From NCBI GenBank assembly GCA_964415785.1, contig CAYQBU010000001.1, positions 1,152 to 65,151 on the forward strand: a stretch of 64,000 nucleotides of DNA, read 5' to 3'. Positions 29,270 to 37,861 of the stretch are shown here, piece after piece. The DNA is from an uncultured Bradymonadales bacterium (GTDB lineage Bacteria; Myxococcota_A; Bradymonadia; Bradymonadales; Bradymonadaceae). The position numbers and the translations under genes are program-made. Positions within the stretch are counted from its first letter, which is position 1; each line of letters opens with the position of its first letter. Below the pieces are notes generated by a model, which did not search any database, had not been told where the DNA came from, and saw nothing but the letters and a program-made list of their open reading frames with translations.

Positions 29270-30061
29270 ATGTCTCAGGATAGCTCTGCTTATGCCCATT
29301 CTGACGCCGACGACTTCGCTTTCGATGATGAGGCCTTCGCCTTTTCCGATCTTGGACCTGCTCCCGGGGCTCCAACCTCGGTGGTCGATGCCATCAGTCT
29401 CGTCATCGACCTGACTCGCCGCAGTATTGCTCCCATAGCTACCGTCAGCGGCTCCCTGGCCTTTCTAACCCTTCTCTATGAAAACACCCTCACAGGCCTC
29501 GAGGGCATCGACCCCTCAACCACCCTCATCGCCTCTGCTCTCTTTTCTCTTCCCGTTTCTCTTTTCTTCTGGGCCGTTGGAATCAACCTCATGGACGCTA
29601 TCCAGCGCGGTGGCTCCCAAACCCCTGACTGGAGCCTGGGCCTCAAGAAGTTTCTTCCCCTTCTCCTTTTGTCCCTCATTTGCGTTGTCGCCGTCGGCCT
29701 CGGCGGCCTCTTGCTGATTGTTCCCGGCCTCGTCATCGCCCTCCTGACCTGTGTCTCCGCCCCCGCTCTCGTCCTCGAGCACCGAGGCCCCATCGACGCC
29801 CTCAAGCGCTCTTTTAACCTCGTCCGCCAAAGCGTTCTCTTCACCATTGGTTACGGGATTATCTTCGCGATGGTCACCATCTTCTTGAGCCTTGCTCTCG
29901 GGCTCTTCTTCGGTCTCATCCAGGCCTTCCTTCCCCTGACGATTGCTGGATTCTTTGGCATCGCCGCCCATTTTGTGCTCTACATCATCGGCTTTACCTT
30001 CGGTCTCGCTGGCATCTACGTCCTTTTTCAAGGCCTCCTCGCTCGCGACGCCACCGGCTGA
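29270..30061 (+). CDS. Polytopic membrane protein, paralog 1 of 3 (YciC/DUF975-like layout)
   Basis: AGGAG sits 5 nt before the ATG. Acidic N-terminus, then ~6 TM segments. Shared block IVPGLVIALLTCVSAPALVLEHRGPIDALKRSFNLVRQS. Confidence 0.6.
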   Translation: MSQDSSAYAHSDADDFAFDDEAFAFSDLGPAPGAPTSVVDAISLVIDLTRRSIAPIATVSGSLAFLTLLYENTLTGLEGIDPSTTLIASALFSLPVSLFFWAVGINLMDAIQRGGSQTPDWSLGLKKFLPLLLLSLICVVAVGLGGLLLIVPGLVIALLTCVSAPALVLEHRGPIDALKRSFNLVRQSVLFTIGYGIIFAMVTIFLSLALGLFFGLIQAFLPLTIAGFFGIAAHFVLYIIGFTFGLAGIYVLFQGLLARDATG

Positions 30062-30146
30062 TTCGGTCGCGCCCCCTGACAAGATCGCGACCATCCACTA
30101 TCCTCAGGGGGTATTGCATACTATTTGACCGATTTTTCGTGCCGAG

Positions 30147-31013
30147 GTGTCTATGGATAATAACGACGACTTTTATACTCCCCCGAACTCGGATCTCCAT
30201 GGCGAGCCCTCTTCCGAGCCCCCGCCTTCAGCCTCGATGCCATCGGACTTTTCGGCCCCCAATAACATCAGCGAGCTACTCAGCACGTTTGTCGACTTCT
30301 ATCCCAAACTCTTGGCCCCCCTCATCTCGGTCTCCCTGCCCTTGGGCATCATTTACGCCCTCCAAGAGGGGTTTAATGCCCTCATCGCACCCGACGCTGG
30401 CCTCTTGCTGAGCCTCCTTATCGGCGTCATCACCTTTTTGGCCGGCACCTATTTCTGGTGCGTCGCCGTCCATCAGGTCGATGATATCTTCCGCGGCGGC
30501 GACGGTGAACAAACCCCCTGGGACCGGGGCACCGCCCGCTTCATCCCCATCCTCATTACGCTTTTCATCGTCTTTATCGTCAGCGGGGTTGGGCTCATTA
30601 TGTGCATCATCCCCGGCGTTGTCGCCCTCTTCTTCCTTCTGGTCGCCGAGTTTCCAGTGGTCCTGGAGAATAAAAAACCCATCGACGGTCTAAAGCGCTC
30701 CACGGAACTCATCAAAAACGACCTCGGCTTTACCTTTGGCGCCTATATGCTTCTGGGCTCCGCGGGCATCGTCCTCGCCTTTAGCCTGGCCGCCCTCCTC
30801 ATGCTCATTGGCCAGCCACTGGACGCCGAGAGCCAACAACTCATGATCGCCACCCTCATGGTCCCTCTGATCATCTTCCTCTACCCCGCTGGCATGGCCA
30901 TTAACTACCTGCTCTACCAGGGTCTCCTTGCCCGAGAAGCGGAGCGCCACCATCAAGAGCCGGCCGCCCCTGCCCCGACCCCACACCACGATGATGACCC
31001 ACCTGCCTACTGA
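30147..31013 (+). CDS. Polytopic membrane protein, paralog 2 of 3
   Basis: Same layout as paralog 1. Block IIPGVVALFFLLVAEFPVVLENKKPIDGLKRSTELIKND aligns with paralog 1. Confidence 0.6.
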   Translation: MSMDNNDDFYTPPNSDLHGEPSSEPPPSASMPSDFSAPNNISELLSTFVDFYPKLLAPLISVSLPLGIIYALQEGFNALIAPDAGLLLSLLIGVITFLAGTYFWCVAVHQVDDIFRGGDGEQTPWDRGTARFIPILITLFIVFIVSGVGLIMCIIPGVVALFFLLVAEFPVVLENKKPIDGLKRSTELIKNDLGFTFGAYMLLGSAGIVLAFSLAALLMLIGQPLDAESQQLMIATLMVPLIIFLYPAGMAINYLLYQGLLAREAERHHQEPAAPAPTPHHDDDPPAY

Positions 31014-31088
31014 CCACCTGGGCCATCCCCCGCGACCGGACCTCACTCTTTTCCAGCGAGGTCCGGTCGCCCCCTATCTGGACTGATC

Positions 31089-31898
31089 ATGGCCTTTCCC
31101 GACCCACATCCCGACGCCCCAACGACTCTGGCACAAGCCCCGGGGGCAGCCGTTGAGGCCCTGTTGACTCACCTTCGCCCTCTCCTTTTTTTGGGCCTGC
31201 CCTTTGCCTTCATCGTCACCACGCTGACCTTCTTCGCCGATGAATTCCTCCAGAATCCTCAGCTCCTCTTTACCGCCCCCTCCTCGCCTTCGTCTCTGCT
31301 CTTTATCGGCCTTCAGCTAGCGATCTTGGCCACCTACGCCTTCTTTTGGGCTGCTGGACTATGGACTCTCCACCCCTCTTCGCCCTCCGATGATGCCCCC
31401 TCCGATCCCCTGGAGGCAGCCTTTGATCACTTCTTGCCGACCTTCGGACTCATCGTCCTCGTCGGCCTCATCGCTTGCTCCGGTGTGGTTCTCATCCTCC
31501 TCTTGCGCATGCTCGGTTTATACTCCGCGCTCTCCGGTGTCCTGGCCCTGCTCCTCAACGCCGGTGCCGCCACCATCGCCATCGCCTCCCTCGTTTTTCT
31601 GGCCCCCGCCATCGTCCCCGTTGCCCTGGGCCATACCTCGATCATCGACGGGCTGACCCTGACGGCCACAGCGACCGTCAAATGCATCCACCTCACCCTC
31701 GGGATGCTTCTGTTTGCCATCCTGCCCTACATCATCTTTCTTGCCCTCTCCGTTATCGCCTTCAACGCCTTCGATCTCTCCCTCCTCGACGACTATCAAT
31801 ACCTGCTCTCCGGGTTCCTGGCCGCTCTGCTCTGGCCCTACCTGATCGTTGTCTTTCACACCCTCTACATGGCCCAACTCCACCACCTCCCGGACTAA
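31089..31898 (+). CDS. Polytopic membrane protein, divergent paralog 3 of 3
   Basis: Same length and TM pattern. The weaker block LAPAIVPVALGHTSIIDGLTLTATATVKC sits at the equivalent position. Confidence 0.55.
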   Translation: MAFPDPHPDAPTTLAQAPGAAVEALLTHLRPLLFLGLPFAFIVTTLTFFADEFLQNPQLLFTAPSSPSSLLFIGLQLAILATYAFFWAAGLWTLHPSSPSDDAPSDPLEAAFDHFLPTFGLIVLVGLIACSGVVLILLLRMLGLYSALSGVLALLLNAGAATIAIASLVFLAPAIVPVALGHTSIIDGLTLTATATVKCIHLTLGMLLFAILPYIIFLALSVIAFNAFDLSLLDDYQYLLSGFLAALLWPYLIVVFHTLYMAQLHHLPD

Positions 31899-31901
31899 AC
31901 C

Positions 31902-34202
31902 ATGAGCCGACTCCTTCCCGCCATCTTCGCCATCGCCCTTCTCTTCGCCGCTTGCGGCGTCAACGACGCCACCGTCGACCCCAACACCTCCAATGGCTCC
32001 AACAATGGTGGTGAAAACAACGACGACAATAACAACGGTGACAACAACGGCGACACCAACGGCGACAATAACAACGGTGACAACAACGGCGATGATCCCA
32101 ACCAATGTCAGGCCAACGAAACCTTCTGCGCCACCGGCGATGACCAGGGGCACTGCGTTGACCTCCTGAGCGACCTCGACCACTGCGGCGACTGCAACCA
32201 GCCTTGCCACACTGACATCGATGGTGCGACCGCCTCCTGCCTCACCGGGTCTTGCGACATCCACTGCGATGATGAGCTCCATCGCTGCGGCGATCAATGC
32301 GTCGAACGGCAAAGCGATGCCGACCACTGCGGCGCCTGTGGCAACGCCTGCGAAAGCGACGAGGCCTGCATCGATGGATCCTGCGAACTGGACTGCGGCG
32401 ATGGCCTACAGGTCTGCGACGACCAATGCGTCGACGACGCCTTTTTCAGCGATAGCGCCGATCATTGTGGCCAATGCCAGGACGCCTGCACCGCTGCCCC
32501 CGACAACGCCTCACCGGCTTGCACCGCCGGCTTCTGCGACTTTCAATGCGACGACGGTTATACCGACTGCATGGGCCAATGCGTCAACACCGACGCCGAC
32601 CCCGATTTCTGTGGGAGCTGCACCCAGTCCTGTGGCCCCGACCAGGTCTGTTCCCAGGGCCAATGCGTCGCCGATTGCCCCGATGGTCAGACCCAATGCG
32701 GCGTCTTTTGTATCGACCTGGACACCGACATCAACCATTGCGGGGAATGTGCAAACACCTGCCCCCAGCCCTCCAATGCCAACGTCAATTGCTCCTTTGG
32801 CCAATGCACCTACTCCTGCCAACCCGGATATGCCGACTGCGACCAGGAGTGCGCCGACCTCCTTCGCGATCCCGACCACTGCGGCAACTGCGACCACACC
32901 TGTACCTCCGCTCCCGACAACGCCACCCCCGACTGCCATGAGGGCCTCTGCACTTACGCCTGCGACGTCGGCTACAAACCCTGCGAGCAAACCTGCATCC
33001 CCGACGACCAGATCTGCGACAGTTGCGACCCCGACTTCCCCTTTGACTTTGGTGGCGGCTCCGGCACCTCCGACGAACCCTTCCTCATCTGCTCCATCGA
33101 GCACCTCCAGCAATGGGCCATCACCCCCTCTGCCATGGGCGCCGCCTTCGCATTGAGCGCCGATATCGACCTCAGCAATGCCGGCTATGCTCCCCTGGCC
33201 TCCCCGGCCGCGCCCTTTGAGGGGTCCTTTGACGGCGGCGGCCACACCATCTCCCATCTCACCCTCGACAGCGATGACTCCGACGTCGGGCTCTTCGCCC
33301 GAATTGGCCCCGATGGTCTCGTCGCCAACCTCAACCTCGATCACCTCAGCCTCTCTGGCGACTCCCGCGTCGGCGCTGTCGCCGGCCGCAATGAAGGGAC
33401 TATCGACGCCGTCACCCTCACCAACGCCTCCGTCGACGGCGACATCGAGGTCGGCGGCCTCGTCGGTCGCCACGAGTCCAGTGCCTCCATCACCGCCTCT
33501 TCTGCCCACGTCTCCGTCACTACCAACACCGACCATGCCGGCACCATCGCCGGCAGCAGCCGCGGCCTCGTCGACGACGTCGTGGGCCATGGCGACGTCT
33601 CCGGAGAGCGCTTTATCGGTGGCCTCGTCGGCATCAATAACGACGGCGCTACCCTGACCAATAGCTTCGCGGATGTCGCCGTCACCGCCACGGACAACTT
33701 CGTCGGTGGCCTCGCCGGTGTTCATAGCGACTCCGCCACCCTTGAGACCTCTGGCGCCACCGGCGACGTCTCTTCTCCCAGTGGTCAATCCGTGGGCGGC
33801 CTCGTCGGCCAGAGTCAGGGCCCCATCGCCGACGCCTTTGCCTCCGGTTCCGTCACCGGGGACAACGGCGTCGGCGGCCTCGTCGGCGTTCACCTCTCCG
33901 ACGATACCATCGCTCGGACCTTCGCCGTCGGCCTCGTCAACAGCGACGCCAACGGCGGCGGCCTTATCGGCTTTCGCCAATCCACCGCTGGCAGCACCGA
34001 CCCCGATGACCTTCCCCTGGTCTCCCATTCGTTCTTCGACGACTCCACCACCGACCAATCCTCCAGCGATGGCGGCCAACCGCTGACGACTTCCCAATTC
34101 GCCGACCAAAACTCCTTTCCCACCTGGGATTTTTCCTCCACCTGGTCCCTCGGTGACCTCTCAGGCCACACTCGTCCCCGTCTCCAGGCCCTCGACCTTT
34201 GA
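31902..34202 (+). CDS. Lipoprotein with N/D/G-rich linker, six DxCGxC Cys-rich modules and a GLUG-motif repeat domain
   Basis: Lipobox LLFAAC. Linker at aa 28-67. DHCGDC, DHCGAC, DHCGQC, DFCGSC, NHCGEC and DHCGNC are spaced ~45 aa apart. Repeated GGLVG/GGLAG/GGLIG (GLUG-type) units. Starts 3 nt after the paralog 3 stop. Confidence 0.75.
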   Translation: MSRLLPAIFAIALLFAACGVNDATVDPNTSNGSNNGGENNDDNNNGDNNGDTNGDNNNGDNNGDDPNQCQANETFCATGDDQGHCVDLLSDLDHCGDCNQPCHTDIDGATASCLTGSCDIHCDDELHRCGDQCVERQSDADHCGACGNACESDEACIDGSCELDCGDGLQVCDDQCVDDAFFSDSADHCGQCQDACTAAPDNASPACTAGFCDFQCDDGYTDCMGQCVNTDADPDFCGSCTQSCGPDQVCSQGQCVADCPDGQTQCGVFCIDLDTDINHCGECANTCPQPSNANVNCSFGQCTYSCQPGYADCDQECADLLRDPDHCGNCDHTCTSAPDNATPDCHEGLCTYACDVGYKPCEQTCIPDDQICDSCDPDFPFDFGGGSGTSDEPFLICSIEHLQQWAITPSAMGAAFALSADIDLSNAGYAPLASPAAPFEGSFDGGGHTISHLTLDSDDSDVGLFARIGPDGLVANLNLDHLSLSGDSRVGAVAGRNEGTIDAVTLTNASVDGDIEVGGLVGRHESSASITASSAHVSVTTNTDHAGTIAGSSRGLVDDVVGHGDVSGERFIGGLVGINNDGATLTNSFADVAVTATDNFVGGLAGVHSDSATLETSGATGDVSSPSGQSVGGLVGQSQGPIADAFASGSVTGDNGVGGLVGVHLSDDTIARTFAVGLVNSDANGGGLIGFRQSTAGSTDPDDLPLVSHSFFDDSTTDQSSSDGGQPLTTSQFADQNSFPTWDFSSTWSLGDLSGHTRPRLQALDL
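31983..32102 (+). repeat. Imperfect tandem AAC/AAT/GAC/GGC coding repeat (Asn/Asp/Gly linker)
   Basis: Reiterated GGTGACAACAACGGCGAC-like units encode NNGDNNGDTNGDNNNGDNNGDD. Confidence 0.6.
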
Positions 34203-35945
34203 GAGCTCCCGTCGCACGGCCTTCGCAAACGCCGACGCAAAATCGACCTCTGTTTCACGGGAATCCAAAAACGGGTTCATCACGCACAGTCGAATCAGCG
34301 TCAATTCCTCCACGTCTACCTTCCCACCCCACTGGCCGACGAAGCGATCGCAGAGCGCATCGTACTCCTGCCACCGAAGGGTGGTTCGCGAGACGAAAAA
34401 TGCCCCGTTTTCCTCCGGGGAAAACGCTTCGTAGAGGCGCTGACTTCGGCGGTTGACCACGCTCACCGCCTCGCCTTCCCCGGCCACGCAGAAGGCCAGG
34501 ATATTGGTCGACGGATCGATGGCCCGAACGCCGATGCCCGATTCCTCCAGGGCCTCCTGAACCCGTTTTCGGGCTTGAATGGTCCTCGCCAGGATCCGGC
34601 CGTACCCATCGGCGTCCAACCCGATAGTCTCCGCCGTCAGCCACGTCGCCACCGCTCCCGCCGCCGACCGCGACCCCTCGATGGTCTCCGGGCCTCGATC
34701 CGTGCCCTTCTCAAAGGCCAGGTAGGGCGCATCCACACCTCCCACGAAATAGTCGCGCCCATCGGCCACCACGATCGCCCCCGACGAATAGGGTACATAG
34801 CCCAGCTTGTGGGGATCCATGGTCACCGATTGCGCCCGTCCCATCGCCTCCAGGGCGCTGCACACCCCGGCGCGCATGACGCAATCGGGCGCTCGCCCAC
34901 AGATATTGGCCGCGAAAAATCCTCCATAGGCGGCATCCACATGGTGGTAAATCGACAACCCCTCCTCTTGCTCATAGTGCTCCAACAGGTCTGCGATCCG
35001 ATCCACGGGATCAAACGTCCCCAGCTCCGTCGTCCCCGCCACCGACACCACCATCAGGATGGGCCGCCCCGCATCACGGGCCTCCTCTATGCGTGCTTTC
35101 AGAGCATCGAGGCGCATCCGACCCCGCTCGTCGAGCTCCACGGACCAGAACGCCTCCTTGCCCAGCCCCATCAACTCCACCCCCTTGACCCAGGAATAAT
35201 GCTTGTTGCCCGGCACCAGCACCACGGGACCCCCGTAGCGCTCCTGGAAGACCTCCTCGAACCACCGCGCCATCGCCAGCGGATGATCCGCAACCCCCGC
35301 CGGTAACGTCGGCTCAACCCCCTGGCCACAGAGCTCATCGTAGGCCTCCCACCCCAGGTGGGCCGCCTCTACCATCGACAGCTCCCTGTTGCCCGCCAGA
35401 CGACCATTGGCGCCGGCGATCATCCAGCGCCGAAGCCGCTTCCTGGCACGCACCATCGCCTCGAAATTGGCCACCGTTCCCCCACTTGTGAAATGCCCCT
35501 GGCTTTCCCCCTCGATCCCCAGCATCTGGCCCAGCCGTGCGATCGCCTCGTCCTCCAACTTTACCCCCACCCGCGACGACTCCCCACCGATATTATTGGG
35601 GTTGTGCAGCACCGTGATCAGATGACCCACCATTGCCGGCATCGAGGTCTCCGAGAACATATGGCCGATATAGCGCGGCGAAAACTTCGGCACTTCCCCC
35701 TCGAAGCGCTCCACCACCTCGGCGACTTTTTCCTCAAAGCGCTTTCGCTGCCCCTTAAAGGCCGCCGTCTCCTGATCAGCCCTCGAGATCGCCTCCCCAT
35801 CTTCCGGGTACACGTCGCGGCGCCAATCCACGTACCGGCGCACCACCTCGGCCACCACCTCCCCAAACCAGGACCCATTTTCCGCCTGGGGCCCCAGGAA
35901 AAAACTCTTCAACCCGATCTCTTCTGGCGCACATCCTTTCGACAT
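34161..35945 (-). CDS. Group II pyridoxal-phosphate-dependent decarboxylase (Tyr/Glu/Asp decarboxylase-like)
   Basis: HVDAAYGGF and the SVTMDPHKLGYVPYSSG PLP-lysine motif. Start chosen at ATG 35945 (MSKGCAPEE). The 3' end overlaps the convergent gene by 42 nt. Confidence 0.85.
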   Translation of the reverse strand: MSKGCAPEEIGLKSFFLGPQAENGSWFGEVVAEVVRRYVDWRRDVYPEDGEAISRADQETAAFKGQRKRFEEKVAEVVERFEGEVPKFSPRYIGHMFSETSMPAMVGHLITVLHNPNNIGGESSRVGVKLEDEAIARLGQMLGIEGESQGHFTSGGTVANFEAMVRARKRLRRWMIAGANGRLAGNRELSMVEAAHLGWEAYDELCGQGVEPTLPAGVADHPLAMARWFEEVFQERYGGPVVLVPGNKHYSWVKGVELMGLGKEAFWSVELDERGRMRLDALKARIEEARDAGRPILMVVSVAGTTELGTFDPVDRIADLLEHYEQEEGLSIYHHVDAAYGGFFAANICGRAPDCVMRAGVCSALEAMGRAQSVTMDPHKLGYVPYSSGAIVVADGRDYFVGGVDAPYLAFEKGTDRGPETIEGSRSAAGAVATWLTAETIGLDADGYGRILARTIQARKRVQEALEESGIGVRAIDPSTNILAFCVAGEGEAVSVVNRRSQRLYEAFSPEENGAFFVSRTTLRWQEYDALCDRFVGQWGGKVDVEELTLIRLCVMNPFLDSRETEVDFASAFAKAVRRELSKVEGLETGTSVA

Positions 35946-36076
35946 ATTCTCATTCCTCGATCTAATTGAACCTGTTTCCACCACACCGAACCTGGCTTCT
36001 GCGGCGCACCTTGTGCACCTCCCACATCAACAACGCAAAACCTGCAGACACCATCACGTCCCGAAGAATTCCCAGT

Positions 36077-36121
36077 CCGGCTTCTGCATGAGACGTCTTC
36101 AGCGGCTCATGCAGAAGCCGG
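36077..36121 (-). terminator. Strong hairpin immediately downstream of hemN
   Basis: A perfect 16-bp inverted repeat, CCGGCTTCTGCATGAG / CTCATGCAGAAGCCGG, with a 13-nt loop. It begins 2 nt after the hemN stop. There is no clear U-tract. Confidence 0.45.
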
Positions 36122-36122
36122 G

Positions 36123-37490
36123 CTAAATCGTCTTCGAAAACTTTTGGCGCTCCGGGGCCAGGTGGGCATCAAAGGGCATGCAAATATTTCGCAGCAACAG
36201 ACGTCCCCTGGAGGTCACGTCGATCCCCTGCTCATCGATCTCCACCAACCCGTCCGCTTCCATTGGCGCCAGCGCTTTCAAGCCCTCTTCAAAATAGTGC
36301 TTCACATCGACGCCCAACCGCTCGCTCATCGCCTCAAAATCGACCCGCGCCTCGCACATCAAACTCATGATCCAGGCCCGTCGGCGCCGATCGTCATCGC
36401 TGAGCAAATAGGCCTTATAATTGGGAAAATCCTCCTCGTAGACCGCCTCCTGGTAGGCGTCCAACTCCTTTGGGTTCTGGAGGTACATATCCCCAATCTG
36501 CGAGATCGCCGACATCCCAAAGCCGTAGATATCGACCCCCGCAAGCGTTGAATAGCCCTGGAAGTTTCGCCTCAGCGTCCCTTCCCGATAGGCCCGCGCC
36601 AACTCATTATCCTCCCGGGCATAATGATCCATACCGATATACAGGTAACCCTCATCGGTCAGCCGCTCCACAATATGCTTTTGCATCGCCAGCTTCGCCT
36701 CCGGCCCCGGCAGAGCTTCTCTCTCCAACAGCTTCTGCGCCGGCTTAATCCACGGCACATGGGCGTAGGTATAGATCGCAAACCGGTCCGGCCGAAGCTC
36801 CAGCACCTCGCTCAACGTCCGATCAAAGGATTCCACCGTCTGATGCGGAAGCCCATAGATCAAATCGATATTGAGCGAATCGATCCCCTCCTCCCGAAGC
36901 CACCGCACCACCTTGCGGGTCTGCTCAAAGGGCTGAATGCGATTGACCGCCTTCTGCACCTTCTCATCATTGTCCTGCACCCCCAGCGACGCCCGCGTAA
37001 ACCCCGCATCGCCCAGCGCCTCCACATGTGCTCGACGCAGTCGCCTGGGATCGATCTCGATGCCCACCTCCGCTTCCTCCGACACCTCAAAATAGTCCTC
37101 GATCCACGCCCCCATCCTTCGTATCTGCTCCGGCTCCAAATACGTCGGCGTCCCCCCACCAAAATGAATCTGCACCACCTCTCGACCCTCCCCAATCCAC
37201 CCCGACTTGCGCCGCATCTCCTCGTGCAGCGCCTCCAAATAGGGCTCGCTCTGCGCCGGATTCCTCGTGATCACCTTCGTGCATCCACAATACCAGCACA
37301 GCGTCTGGCAAAACGGGATATGAAAATATAGCGACAGCGGCCCTCCCCCCTCCTGGTTGGCCCGCACCGCCTCCTCCACCTGCTCGCGCCCCACGTCCTC
37401 CCGAAAATTGGGCGCCGTCGGATACGACGTATACCGCGGCCCCGGCACATCATATTTGCGAATCAAATCCAGCTCCACACGCCTCATCAC
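36123..37490 (-). CDS. hemN: Oxygen-independent coproporphyrinogen III oxidase (radical SAM)
   Basis: YFHIPFCQTLCWYCGC (CxxxCxxC). HemN-length product with GGGTPTYL. Confidence 0.95.
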   Translation of the reverse strand: MMRRVELDLIRKYDVPGPRYTSYPTAPNFREDVGREQVEEAVRANQEGGGPLSLYFHIPFCQTLCWYCGCTKVITRNPAQSEPYLEALHEEMRRKSGWIGEGREVVQIHFGGGTPTYLEPEQIRRMGAWIEDYFEVSEEAEVGIEIDPRRLRRAHVEALGDAGFTRASLGVQDNDEKVQKAVNRIQPFEQTRKVVRWLREEGIDSLNIDLIYGLPHQTVESFDRTLSEVLELRPDRFAIYTYAHVPWIKPAQKLLEREALPGPEAKLAMQKHIVERLTDEGYLYIGMDHYAREDNELARAYREGTLRRNFQGYSTLAGVDIYGFGMSAISQIGDMYLQNPKELDAYQEAVYEEDFPNYKAYLLSDDDRRRRAWIMSLMCEARVDFEAMSERLGVDVKHYFEEGLKALAPMEADGLVEIDEQGIDVTSRGRLLLRNICMPFDAHLAPERQKFSKTI

Positions 37491-37861
37491 AACCTCCTGA
37501 CCTTCTGTCCAGACACCTCTTCACCCACCTCCGAAATGCAAATCCCATACCCACCTAATCCACCCTGGGTGCCAAGCCCTTCCAATCCGCCGTTCACGCC
37601 ACACTCGACCCCGCACACCCCATTTTTTTTGGAATTTTTCAGTATTTATTCAAAACACCATCCGTTCCATTGCGCACATCTTCGCCCACCCCTCACCACC
37701 CCCATCGAATTCCAGTCTGATTAAATCTTTTCCATCCTACTAAAACCCTGACCGACCTGGGCGCGCACCTCGGCGTCTTTGGCGTCTGCGCGCTCTGGCG
37801 AGGCCGCGAGTGCTCTGCCACACCATTTCCCCCCGGTCCCATTGGCGGTCGCTCTGAGCGC

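Noticed and set aside
37491-37861. Searched both flanks of the HUH-Y1 gene (37491-37861 and 38834-39030) for IS200/IS605-type subterminal hairpins, inverted repeats or REP clusters.
   Set aside because: I found only weak, short G+C-rich pairings (for example GCGCGCA..TGCGCGC with a 19-nt loop) and short direct repeats (GGCGTCT x2, TTTGGACTCC x2). Nothing convincing, so the gene is reported as a CDS rather than a mobile element.
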